A stretch of 33,466 bases of DNA from Rhodobacterales bacterium (GCA_031368035.1 JANLQT010000359.1:1-33466); one strand, 5' to 3'. Counted from the first letter of the stretch, positions 7,982 to 16,861 are shown. Translations and numbers: made by a program. Notes: a model not told the origin generated them from the letters alone.

Positions 7982-10098
7982 GGCCGCGCGCCCCAATAGG
8001 CGCGCGGACCGGTCCAGTCCGGGTCGGCGCCGGGGATCTTGTAGCGGCCGATCCGGTTGTTGAAGATGCCGCCGAGGTAAAGGTAGCCCTTGTGCTCGCG
8101 GATCGAGGTGACCTGCGGGTGCTTTTCGCCCACGCCGTCCCACAGCGACTGAAGGATGGTGCCGGACAGGTCGAACTTGATGACGCCGCCGGTGTTCATG
8201 TTGGGATAGAGCCATTCGTCGCGGGCGATCTGCATCACCATGTGCTTGCGGAATTTCGGCATCCGCTGCGCCAGGTCAAAGGCGGGGGCGCGCATGCCGA
8301 TGATGCCGCACCAGAAATTGCCGTCCGAGGCGAGGTTGATGTTGTCGGGATAGCCCGGCAGGTCCGGGATGACCGCTTCCACCCGGCCCTTGTTCGGCCC
8401 GTCATAGTAGAACCGGCTGATCCGGCAGCCCCAGGTTTCGGCGAACAGGAAGGACTGGCTATCGGGCACCATGCAGATGCCGTTGGGAAACTGGCGGCCC
8501 GACAGCACGGTCTTGGACGAGCCGTCGCGAGGGTCATAGCAGATGATCCGCCCGTTGCCGCGCCCCTCCAGCGCGTCGATGATCCAGTCGTGCATCTCAT
8601 ACCGGATCGTCGCTTCGGAGAAGAACACCCGGCCATCGGGGGCGATGTCCAGATCGTCGGCCAGCCGCATCCGGCTGTCATCGACGATGGACAGCCAGGA
8701 GCGGGTGGTTTCGTCCGACAGCTTGATGACCTCGCGCGCCTTGGTGACTTTATACAGGCCCATGCCGCCCACGCAGACCAGAAGGCTGCCCTCGCGGTCA
8801 AAGGCCATCCCAAGGGTCGAGCCGCCGATATGGACAAAGACCTCGCGCTGTTTGTGGTCGGGGGCGAGGAAGCGGATGATGTCGCCGTCGCGGCTGCCGC
8901 AGTACAGGTTGCCGTCCTCGTCCAGGATCACATCTTCCGGCCCGTCCACCTCGCCCACGCCGATGGGTTCGGCATCAGACAGAAGATTGTTGATCGCATA
9001 GGGCGAGGTGGGCGCTCGGCTGACCTTTTGCAGGGGTGGTAGGGCGAAATAGGTGGGCGAGACATAGGACCGCGCCAGCAGTTTCGCGCGGTTCTTCAAC
9101 CAGCGCACGTCGATGGCGACAGCGATCAGCAGGATTGACCCCAGCACCAGCGACGAGGCACCCGACCGCAGGCCCAGCCGGATCAGCGAGTTGGTGATGA
9201 TGACGACGATCACCACGCCCAGCACCGTCTTGAACACCGATCCGCGCCCACCGCCAAGGCTGGTGCCGCCCAGCACGACTGCGGTCAGGATGGTGATTTC
9301 CAGGCCAAGGCCGGTGTCATTGCCAAGGCTGGCCAGACGCGCGGCGTAAAACACCCCCGCCGCCGCCGTCAGAACTCCGGACGCGACATAGGTCAGGCAG
9401 ACGGTGCGCCGCACGTCGATCCCGGCATTGTGCGCCGCCCGGCGCGAGCCGCCGACCGCCAGCACATGCCAGCCCGGCCGCAGACGGGTCAGGGTGAAAT
9501 GCGCCACCAGCGCCAGCGCCATGGCGTCAAGGAAGCTGGGCGCAATGCCGAAGACCGTCTTGAAGGACAGAAAGTCCCAGACCGGGCTTTTGATCTGCAC
9601 CGAGGAGATTTGTTTGGACCAGGACAGCAGCAGCGTGTCGGTGATCGAGCGAACGATGATCAGCATCACCAGCGTGGTCAGAAACGCCCGCAGCCGCAGA
9701 TAGCCGATCAGCAGCCCGTTCACGAGGCCGATCAGACCCCCGCCCGCGACCACCACCAGCGCCGCCGCCCACCACGGCAGGCCCACCACGCCGCCCAGTG
9801 CCAGCATCGACAGGTTCGCCAGCGCAAACACCGATCCCACCGACAAATCGATCCCGCCCGCCATCACCACGATGGTCAGACCCAGCGCCACCAGCAGATA
9901 TTCGCCGCCGGTCCTGGTCATACCGCTCATGCTGCCGGCGCTGAACATGCTGGGCAGGATGGTGCCGAACACGGCAAGGGCGATCAGTAGGAATAGCACC
10001 GGGATCGCGTTATCGACCCAAGGTTTGGACAGGATCTCGCCCACAACCTTGTCCGGAACAAGTCGGTAGCGCCAGCGGGTGAAGACGTCGCTTGCCAT
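7978..10098 (-). CDS. ABC permease fused to a C-terminal strictosidine-synthase-like / SMP-30-gluconolactonase beta-propeller
   Basis: The N-terminal ~335 aa is an RbsC-like permease (GGIDLSVG, AVVLGGTSLGGGRG). The C-terminal domain has GPEDV, LADDLDI, FPNGI, AETW and LPGYPDNI. Start 10098 was chosen by alignment to the paralogue at 33263 (alternative 10110). Confidence 0.92.
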   Translation of the reverse strand: MASDVFTRWRYRLVPDKVVGEILSKPWVDNAIPVLFLLIALAVFGTILPSMFSAGSMSGMTRTGGEYLLVALGLTIVVMAGGIDLSVGSVFALANLSMLALGGVVGLPWWAAALVVVAGGGLIGLVNGLLIGYLRLRAFLTTLVMLIIVRSITDTLLLSWSKQISSVQIKSPVWDFLSFKTVFGIAPSFLDAMALALVAHFTLTRLRPGWHVLAVGGSRRAAHNAGIDVRRTVCLTYVASGVLTAAAGVFYAARLASLGNDTGLGLEITILTAVVLGGTSLGGGRGSVFKTVLGVVIVVIITNSLIRLGLRSGASSLVLGSILLIAVAIDVRWLKNRAKLLARSYVSPTYFALPPLQKVSRAPTSPYAINNLLSDAEPIGVGEVDGPEDVILDEDGNLYCGSRDGDIIRFLAPDHKQREVFVHIGGSTLGMAFDREGSLLVCVGGMGLYKVTKAREVIKLSDETTRSWLSIVDDSRMRLADDLDIAPDGRVFFSEATIRYEMHDWIIDALEGRGNGRIICYDPRDGSSKTVLSGRQFPNGICMVPDSQSFLFAETWGCRISRFYYDGPNKGRVEAVIPDLPGYPDNINLASDGNFWCGIIGMRAPAFDLAQRMPKFRKHMVMQIARDEWLYPNMNTGGVIKFDLSGTILQSLWDGVGEKHPQVTSIREHKGYLYLGGIFNNRIGRYKIPGADPDWTGPRAYWGARP

Positions 10099-10139
10099 GC
10101 CGGTTTCCATTGGGGGGATGGATGGGAAAAGGGGGGTGT

Positions 10140-10165
10140 GCCGGGCAGGCCTGAACCTGCCCGGC
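10140..10165 (-). terminator. Intercistronic hairpin downstream of the binding-protein gene
   Basis: Perfect 10-bp stem GCCGGGCAGG/CCTGCCCGGC with a 6-nt loop. Confidence 0.55.
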
Positions 10166-10180
10166 TGGATAAAGGGCCGA

Positions 10181-11191
10181 TCAGCCGCCGGATTTGCCGA
10201 TCTCGTCCAGGGTCCAGCAGGACGCGGGCGTCATGTTGTCCTTGGTCACTTCCACCAACGGGCTGAGCAGCGCGAAGGGCGCCGAGCCCGCGGGCAGTTT
10301 GGTCTGCAGCAGCATCTTGATCGCATCGTTCAGATCGCGCGACTGCCCGGCCACGTTGTAGCTGTGATAGACGGCGAATTCGCCCGATTCCACCTTGGCG
10401 CAGCCAGCGTCGCGGCTGCCGCCGCCCGAGGTGGCCAGCACGACCTTGCCTTGTAGTCCGGCCTCGCGGATGGCGCCCGCGGTGCCGGTGTCGGCCACGT
10501 CCCAGAAGCCAGCGATGCCGCAGAGGTCGGGGTTTTGCTGCAGCACGGTGGCGGTGATCGCAAAGGCCTTGGTGGCGTCCCAGTCCGCAGCTTGGCTGGA
10601 CACGATCTTGACCTCGGGATGCTTGGCGATCAGGTCCTCGATCCCCTGTTTCATCAGGATCGAGGCGGGCGCTGCCGTAGCGCCTTCCACCACCGCGATC
10701 TTGCCCGAGGTGCCCGCGCCGCATTTGTCGACGAGTGCCTGCGCGGTCACGGTGCCGATGTTGTACCAGTCAGGCCCGACATAGGCGTCCGACTTGGTCT
10801 CGACGCTTTGCTGCACCTGAATGACCGGGATGCCGGCCGCTGCGGCCTGTTGCACCAGACGGTTGTAGGACTGGCTGTCGTTGTTCTGGATGATCAGCAG
10901 ATCGGGATGTTCTTCAATCAGCGAGGTGATGGCCTGGATGCCGCTTTCCACGCTCCAGTTCGGGTCGCGAACGATGATCTCGTAACCCAGCTCGTTCGCC
11001 TGGCGCTGCATGCCGGCCAGCCAGCCCTGCGTCAGGTCAAAGCCCATCGAGATCGGCACGAAGCCGACCTTCTTGCCCTTCAGCGCGTCGTAATAGCCGG
11101 GCGCCACGCTGTCTTGCGCAAGGGCCAGACCCGGCGCCAGCGTCAGGGCCACACAAATCAGCCCTGTCTTCAACTTCGTCTTGAAATCCAT
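10181..11191 (-). CDS. Sugar-type ABC transporter substrate-binding protein
   Basis: Signal peptide (…APGLALA-QD), RbsB-like motifs (DAYVGPD, QAADWD); RBS GGGAGG. Confidence 0.92.
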   Translation of the reverse strand: MDFKTKLKTGLICVALTLAPGLALAQDSVAPGYYDALKGKKVGFVPISMGFDLTQGWLAGMQRQANELGYEIIVRDPNWSVESGIQAITSLIEEHPDLLIIQNNDSQSYNRLVQQAAAAGIPVIQVQQSVETKSDAYVGPDWYNIGTVTAQALVDKCGAGTSGKIAVVEGATAAPASILMKQGIEDLIAKHPEVKIVSSQAADWDATKAFAITATVLQQNPDLCGIAGFWDVADTGTAGAIREAGLQGKVVLATSGGGSRDAGCAKVESGEFAVYHSYNVAGQSRDLNDAIKMLLQTKLPAGSAPFALLSPLVEVTKDNMTPASCWTLDEIGKSGG

Positions 11192-11265
11192 CAGGTTTCC
11201 TCCCTCGATTGATCGTCATTGTGAGCGGTCAGCCCGCCCGGTTGCCCCCCTTTGCGTTTCGGGGG

Positions 11266-12249
11266 TTAGATATCGCCTTGTTGCGCCGTCTGTTCGTCGC
11301 GCGGGTTGATCAGGGTATCCAGAACCAGCGCCAGCAGCAGGATCAGCGCCTTGATGACGTTCTGGGCGGTATAGGTCAGGTTCAGCATGGTCATGCCGTT
11401 CAGCATGATGCCGATCAGCAGGGTGCCCACCACGACGCTGAGGATGCCGCCGCGCCCGCCGGACAGCGATATGCCGCCCAGAACGACGACAAGGATCACG
11501 TCATAGACCAGCGTGCCCGACACAATCCGCGTGTTCATGCTGGTGACCAGCATGGTCATGAGCATCCCCGCGAGCAGGCCGATCAGCGCCGAGATGACAT
11601 ATTGCAGCACCATCATCACCCGTACCGGCACGCCGGCGGTGCGGGCCGCGACCGGGTTGTCGCCCATCGCATAGATGAACCGCCCATCGCGCAGATAGCG
11701 CAGCGCGACATGGGCCAGAACGGCGCATCCTAGGAAGGCAATCACCGGCACCGGCAACCCCAGCGGACGGGCCGCGACCATATCGGCCAGCCAGCGCCAG
11801 TTTTCCGGCACATGGTTCACGTCGGATTCGACCAGAAAGAACTTGCCGAAGCCGTAAACCGTCACCCCCATCGCCAAGGTCGCAAAGATCGCCGGAATCT
11901 CGACATAGGCCACCAGAATGCCGTTGATGATGCCGACCAGAACGCTGAACCCTATCGCCAGCGGCAGGGCCTGTGCGAGCGGGGCACCGGCATTCAGTTG
12001 CACCAGCATCCAGGCGATCGCCACCGACATCGAGGCGACGATCGACAGGTCGATGCCGCGCCCCAAAATGGTGATCGCCATGCCGATGCCAAGAATGCCC
12101 AGCACCGACACGCTTTGCACCATCGACACGATGTTGCCCGCCGACAGGAATCCCGGGATCAGTACGCAGAAGATGCCAAAGACCACGACAGCAATCACGA
12201 AGATGATCTCTTCCTGACCAAACCGCCTGCGGCTGCTTCCCCCGGACAT
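11266..12249 (-). CDS. ABC transporter permease (RbsC-like)
   Basis: GRGIDLS, IPAIFATL and VVLGGISLSGGRG. Start MSGGSS at 12249 has an AGGGAGG RBS. Confidence 0.93.
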   Translation of the reverse strand: MSGGSSRRRFGQEEIIFVIAVVVFGIFCVLIPGFLSAGNIVSMVQSVSVLGILGIGMAITILGRGIDLSIVASMSVAIAWMLVQLNAGAPLAQALPLAIGFSVLVGIINGILVAYVEIPAIFATLAMGVTVYGFGKFFLVESDVNHVPENWRWLADMVAARPLGLPVPVIAFLGCAVLAHVALRYLRDGRFIYAMGDNPVAARTAGVPVRVMMVLQYVISALIGLLAGMLMTMLVTSMNTRIVSGTLVYDVILVVVLGGISLSGGRGGILSVVVGTLLIGIMLNGMTMLNLTYTAQNVIKALILLLALVLDTLINPRDEQTAQQGDI

Positions 12250-12302
12250 CTGCGTCGTCCCCTCCCTGGTCCAACTGGCTTGACTCGCGCCCAGATTCGA
12301 TG

Positions 12303-12324
12303 AAACTGAGCGAGCGCTCGTTTT
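12303..12324. promoter_or_regulatory. Palindromic operator, likely TetR-type
   Basis: AAActGAGCGagCGCTCgtTTT dyad between the divergent transporter operon and tetR; overlaps the predicted transcription start. Confidence 0.6.
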
Positions 12325-12353
12325 TTTGTAACCCCCCATTCGGATTCTGTCAA
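12325..12353 (-). promoter_or_regulatory. Sigma70-type promoter of the transporter operon
   Basis: The minus strand reads TTGACA-N17-TACAAA. Confidence 0.6.
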
Positions 12354-12386
12354 TTCAGCTAAATGGGTCACAGGACGGAGGCAGGC

Positions 12387-13088
12387 TTGGACGCGACGAC
12401 ACCGACAGTGCTGCAATTGCGCCCGCGCGAGCTGACCTCACACGTGCTGTGTGCTGTCATTTTCAGGCAGTTCAGCGCGTCGATCCGCGTGCAGAAAGAG
12501 CATGTGGCCGTGCCCAATCTGGAAAAGATCATCCTGGCCGCGTTGGACATCGGCCGGCGCAAAGGGTTCCATTCGACGACGACGCGCGATCTGGCCGAGG
12601 CGAGCGGGCTGAGCATGGGGGCGATCTACAGCTATGTGCAAAGCAAGGAGACGCTGCTGCGGATGATTCTGGCCGGGGTCGATCATGCCGTCGAAAGCGC
12701 CATCGTGCCCTTTGACGTGGGCGAGCAAAGCGATCCGGCCTTGCGCTTGCACGGGTTGATCAGGCGGCATATCGAAGTGTCCGATATCCTGCAGCGCTGG
12801 TTCGCCTTTGCCTTTCTGGAAGTGAAGGCGTTTGACAAGGACGCCCGCGACATGGTCCTGCAAGCGGAGCTGCGCAACGAAAGGCTGATGGCCGATGCGA
12901 TTTCTGACGGGATCGCGCGGGGCATATTCATCGACCTGCCGCCGCTGGCGCTGGCTGGGATGATCATGCCCCTGCTGCAGGACTGGTACATCAAGCGCTG
13001 GAAATTCCGCAAACGCGGCATGACCGGCGCGGCCTATGTCCAAGCGGTGAACGAGTTCGTGGACCGGGCCATTGCGCGCGCCGTTTGA
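12387..13088 (+). CDS. TetR/AcrR family regulator with N-terminal extension
   Basis: HTH KGFHSTTTRDLAEASGLSMGAIYSYVQSKE. TTG start at 12387 follows GGAGG (alternative ATG 12363). Confidence 0.9.
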   Translation: MDATTPTVLQLRPRELTSHVLCAVIFRQFSASIRVQKEHVAVPNLEKIILAALDIGRRKGFHSTTTRDLAEASGLSMGAIYSYVQSKETLLRMILAGVDHAVESAIVPFDVGEQSDPALRLHGLIRRHIEVSDILQRWFAFAFLEVKAFDKDARDMVLQAELRNERLMADAISDGIARGIFIDLPPLALAGMIMPLLQDWYIKRWKFRKRGMTGAAYVQAVNEFVDRAIARAV

Positions 13089-13142
13089 CAGTCTCGACAA
13101 CGTCGATTTCGCACCTGTGTCTTGATGCCTCAGCAGGCCGGC

Positions 13143-13185
13143 TTCAGAGATGCTACGCACTGGAATAATTTGCTACCGGTCAGTG
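13143..13185 (+). promoter_or_regulatory. Candidate promoter of the second tetR with two degenerate TAC-N6-GTA boxes
   Basis: TTCAGA-N17-TAATTT. Boxes TACGCACTGGAA (13154-13165) and TACCGGTCAGTG (13174-13185) are 8 nt apart. Confidence 0.35.
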
Positions 13186-13220
13186 TCTTGTGGTAGCGTC
13201 ATGCTCAGCAAGGACGACCG

Positions 13221-13853
13221 ATGTCAAAAGCGCGAACCACCTCCAGGGCTGCATCTGTCTGGGACGAGGTGGCCGAGTTGAAACGAGAGAAGATCCTGCA
13301 AAGCGCGGTCGATCTTTTCTACACCAAAGGCTATCTGCCGACAACGATGGACGCCATCGCCGAAAGCATTGGCGCAACGAAGCCCTTTGTCTACTATCAC
13401 TTTGAAAACAAAGCGGAACTTCTGTCGGAAATCGCTCGCCGCACCCTGCGTGAATGGATGGGCGTGACGACACGGGTCATCGAGCAATCGCTGGCTCCGA
13501 CCGAGGCTTTGTCGCTTGCGACGCATCAGTTCACGATGATCGTCTTGGACATGTACAAGCTGGTATCGATCTACTTCCGCGAGCAGCTAAACCTGCCAAA
13601 GGAAGTCGCCGAAGAAATCGCCAAGATGCGCCGGGACATCGACACCCAGGTGCGCATGATCCTGTCTGATGGCAAGAAAAGCGGCGCCTTTGAATTCGAT
13701 GATCTGGCCGTTGCAAGCCAGGTGGTGACCGGGATGGTCAGTTTCGCTTTCGCCTGGTACCGCGAACCTTCTCGGCTGTCGAAGGAGGCGATTTGCAGCC
13801 AGATGGTCTCGCACGTGCTCCGCAGTGTCGGGGCACGAACGCAAGAAAGGTAA
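13221..13853 (+). CDS. TetR family regulator (KstR2-like C-terminal domain)
   Basis: KILQSAVDLFYTKGY.PTTMDAIAESIGATKPFVYYHFENKAELL; C-terminal G...GAF...WYR pattern; RBS AAGGA. Confidence 0.92.
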   Translation: MSKARTTSRAASVWDEVAELKREKILQSAVDLFYTKGYLPTTMDAIAESIGATKPFVYYHFENKAELLSEIARRTLREWMGVTTRVIEQSLAPTEALSLATHQFTMIVLDMYKLVSIYFREQLNLPKEVAEEIAKMRRDIDTQVRMILSDGKKSGAFEFDDLAVASQVVTGMVSFAFAWYREPSRLSKEAICSQMVSHVLRSVGARTQER

Positions 13854-14225
13854 CGGGCCGGTCACGGGTTCGGGCCGCCGTTTTCGTCCCATGTTTTCCT
13901 TTCGGCGGGCATGTCCGGCAGCGACCTTTCGCGCCACTTCAAAGCGGGATGCGGTTCGATTGTTGCAAAGGCCAGGTGAGGCCATGCGTCCTGTTGCGCC
14001 TGATTCGAAGGCCGGATTTTCTTCCAGGCGAGCCAGCCCATAGTGTTTCCAGAGTGGCCTGCGTTTTTCCGAAAGTCTGGACCTGAAGAGGTATGGCTGA
14101 ATTGCGCCGAAAAGCGCTATTCTGCTGATCAATCCCGTTGCAGTTCAGCTTTACAATTCTTAGCGTAATCCGGTTGGGCCAATTGCTTACTTGCGCCACG
14201 ACCATCACTTTGGGAGGATATTCGC

Positions 14226-14864
14226 TTGCTCACAGTTCATCACCTTGGAATTTCTCAATCTGAAAGAATCGTCTGGCTCTGCGAGGAGCTTGAAATTCCT
14301 TACGAGTTTATCCGCTATGAGCGCACCGCGATCAACCTGACGCCTCCGGCATACCGTGCCTTGCATCCCAGTGGCACGGCGCCGGTGATCACGGATGGCA
14401 AAGTGACGTTGGCCGAATCTGGGGCGATCATGGAATACATCATCGCCAAATACGGACGGGGGCGCTTCGCCGTTGGGCCAGAAAGCGCTGATTTTGCTAA
14501 CTATCTATACTGGATGCACTACGCGAATGGGTCCTTCATGGCGGGGGGTATCTTGACCTTTTCCCTCGGTGTGATGAATGTTGATCCCGCCAACGAGACG
14601 GTGCGCGACATCAACACACGCTATGCCCGCGGCTTTGACATGGTCGAGAAGCGCTTGGTCGAATCGCCCTTTCTTGCGGGTGAGCAATTCACGGCGGCTG
14701 ACATCATCATGGCCTTCCCATTGACAACGATGCGGCTGTTCACGCCGCTCGACCTTGCCAACTATCCCAGCATCCGCGCCTACCTTCAGAGAATCGGTGG
14801 GCGTCCGGCATTCCAGCGCATGGTTGCCAAAATCGCCCCCGACCCGGCACCGCCACTGGTCTGA
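14226..14864 (+). CDS. Glutathione S-transferase (GTT1-like)
   Basis: SQSERIVWLCEEL, HPSGTAPVI, LAESGAI and FTAADI motifs; TTG start after GGGAGG. Confidence 0.92.
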   Translation: MLTVHHLGISQSERIVWLCEELEIPYEFIRYERTAINLTPPAYRALHPSGTAPVITDGKVTLAESGAIMEYIIAKYGRGRFAVGPESADFANYLYWMHYANGSFMAGGILTFSLGVMNVDPANETVRDINTRYARGFDMVEKRLVESPFLAGEQFTAADIIMAFPLTTMRLFTPLDLANYPSIRAYLQRIGGRPAFQRMVAKIAPDPAPPLV

Positions 14865-14900
14865 GGGGCTGAATCCCTTCGCGCAGTGTTGTCCAAAGAA

Positions 14901-14948
14901 ATGGCGCATCAAATGGTATTTTTAAACCAAATTGATGCGTTATTTTTT
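14901..14948 (+). terminator. AT-rich hairpin plus T-run between convergent genes
   Basis: ATGGCGCATCAAATGGT...ACCAAATTGATGCGTTAT imperfect inverted repeat followed by TTTTT. Confidence 0.55.
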
Positions 14949-14984
14949 AGCTAAAGCAATCAGATTTTCGAACGTCAGGCCCTT

Positions 14985-16049
14985 TTACGGCAAAGTCGGA
15001 TCAAGGATCAGCTTGCCAAAGACCTTGCGCTGCCGCAGCAGGTCCTGCGCCTTGCTGACCTCGGCCAGTGAGAAAGTTTCCTGCACCACCTGCCGAAGAT
15101 TGCCCTGTCCGGCCATGCGCATCACGTCGAGGAAATCGCGCCTTGTGCCGCCGAAGGACCCTATCAGGGTCTGTTCCTTGACGAACAGGTGCCACAGGTT
15201 GAAGCCGACCATGAAGCCCGTGTGCCCGCCGCAGGTCACAAGGCGGCCGCCGCGCGACAGCGCCTTGAGGCTGCCAGCCCAGGTCGCTTCGCCGACATGT
15301 TCGAACACGATGTCCACACCGCGCCCTTGGGTGAAGCGGCGCACCTGGTCGGGCCAGGTTGGGTCGTTGTGATCGACTGCGAAATCGGCACCGATGTCCA
15401 GCGTGCGGCGCACCTTGTCCGCGCCGCCTGCCGTCGCAATCACCCGGGCGCCGGCGGCTTTGGCGATCTGGATGCCCAGAACGCCGATGCCTGAACCGCC
15501 CGCGATAATCAGCACATCCTCGCCCAGCACCACCTTGGCGCGGCCGCGCAGCATGTGCCAGGCGGTTGGTCCGGTGACCGCCACCGCTGCGGCGGCGGCA
15601 TAGTCCAGACTGTCCGGCAGCTTCAGCAGTTGTCGCGCCGGTGCCACCGCATATTCGGCATAGCCGCCATCGGTTTGCACGCCGAACACCTGGCTGCTCC
15701 GGCACATATTGGTCTCACCGCGCACGCAATTCTCGCAGTGGCGGCAGGCGATGATCGGATCGACCACGACGCGCGCACCCACCTGCCAGTCGGTGACGTC
15801 CGGCCCCAGGGCCACGATATCCCCGGCAACCTCGGTTCCCGAGATATGGGGCAGGGGCACGTCCTGCGGGGTCTGGCCATCCGCGGTCAAAAGGTCCACC
15901 TGATTGAGCCCGCAGGCCCGCACGCGGATCAGAACCTCGCCCGCACCGGGGGAAGGGATCGGCACATCCCGGTCCAGTCGCAATTCGGCCTGACCGTTCG
16001 CGCCTTTGTGCAGCCGCGCCGCGCGCATCGCGCCGGAGGCATGGGTCAT
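14985..16049 (-). CDS. Zinc-binding medium-chain dehydrogenase/reductase (quinone/enoyl reductase-like)
   Basis: PSPGAGEVLIRV, PHISGTEVAG, structural Zn site CRHCENC...C, AGGSGIG and GKLIL. ATGA-coupled start at 16049. Confidence 0.9.
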   Translation of the reverse strand: MTHASGAMRAARLHKGANGQAELRLDRDVPIPSPGAGEVLIRVRACGLNQVDLLTADGQTPQDVPLPHISGTEVAGDIVALGPDVTDWQVGARVVVDPIIACRHCENCVRGETNMCRSSQVFGVQTDGGYAEYAVAPARQLLKLPDSLDYAAAAAVAVTGPTAWHMLRGRAKVVLGEDVLIIAGGSGIGVLGIQIAKAAGARVIATAGGADKVRRTLDIGADFAVDHNDPTWPDQVRRFTQGRGVDIVFEHVGEATWAGSLKALSRGGRLVTCGGHTGFMVGFNLWHLFVKEQTLIGSFGGTRRDFLDVMRMAGQGNLRQVVQETFSLAEVSKAQDLLRQRKVFGKLILDPTLP

Positions 16050-16861
16050 TTCCGGCCCTCTTTCAGGGATTTGAGATAGGAGGCCTTCTTCGCCTTGAAC
16101 GCGTCCGACTGGAAGGTCAGGCCATTGGCCACGGCTTCCATCCCGAGCTGGCTGCGCAAATCGCTGCGTTCGCCATTGCGAAGGATCAGTTTCATCATGC
16201 GCAAGGCATCGGACCCCATCCCGTCGATCTGGGCGGCAAGGGCGTCCATGCGGGCGGACAGCGTGGCGGGATCGTCCACCAGTTCGTTGACCAGCCCCCA
16301 GACCAGCGCGGTTTCGGCATCGATCTTCTGGCCCAGCACTGCCATCTGCATCGCGCGCGAAGGGCCGATCACCCGTTGGGCCAGCCAACTCAGCCCGAAA
16401 TCCTGAATGACGTCCAGCATCAACGGCACCATCCAGAATCGGGCGGCCCGGACGCTGACCCGCATGTCGCAGGCCATCGCCAGGCCCAATCCGCCGCCGC
16501 CGCAGGCATGGCCGTTGATTGCGGCGATGGTGATGGCATCCTGTTCGAAAAGCGCGGTGATGACGCGGTGCTGCGCGTTCAAAAGCCGGGTGCCGGAAAA
16601 CACCGAAGGGTCCTCGACATGTTCCATGAAAAACGGCGTGTCCAGATCGACCCCGGCCGAGAACAGCCGCCCCGAGCCTTGCAGGAACAGCGCGTTCAGC
16701 CCGTCCCGCGCCCGGACCCGGTCCAGTGCGTCCAGGAGTTCCTCCAGCATCTGGGGGTTCAGCGCGTTCAGCCGATCCGGCCTGTTCAGGGTCAGGCGGG
16801 CGATCCGGCCTTCGAATGTCAGTGTCACGGTCCCGTAGTCGGGGATATCGCCTTGTGCCAT
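16046..16861 (-). CDS. Enoyl-CoA hydratase/isomerase family protein (PaaG-like isomerase type)
   Basis: LNRPDRLNALN, FSAGVDL and IAAINGHACGGG. Start MAQGDI at 16861 has an AGGGAAGG RBS. Confidence 0.88.
   Translation of the reverse strand: MAQGDIPDYGTVTLTFEGRIARLTLNRPDRLNALNPQMLEELLDALDRVRARDGLNALFLQGSGRLFSAGVDLDTPFFMEHVEDPSVFSGTRLLNAQHRVITALFEQDAITIAAINGHACGGGGLGLAMACDMRVSVRAARFWMVPLMLDVIQDFGLSWLAQRVIGPSRAMQMAVLGQKIDAETALVWGLVNELVDDPATLSARMDALAAQIDGMGSDALRMMKLILRNGERSDLRSQLGMEAVANGLTFQSDAFKAKKASYLKSLKEGRK

Noticed and set aside
7978-9000. Alkaloid biosynthesis by a true strictosidine synthase
   Set aside because: The domain retains hydrolase-type metal ligands and the context is uptake and catabolism.
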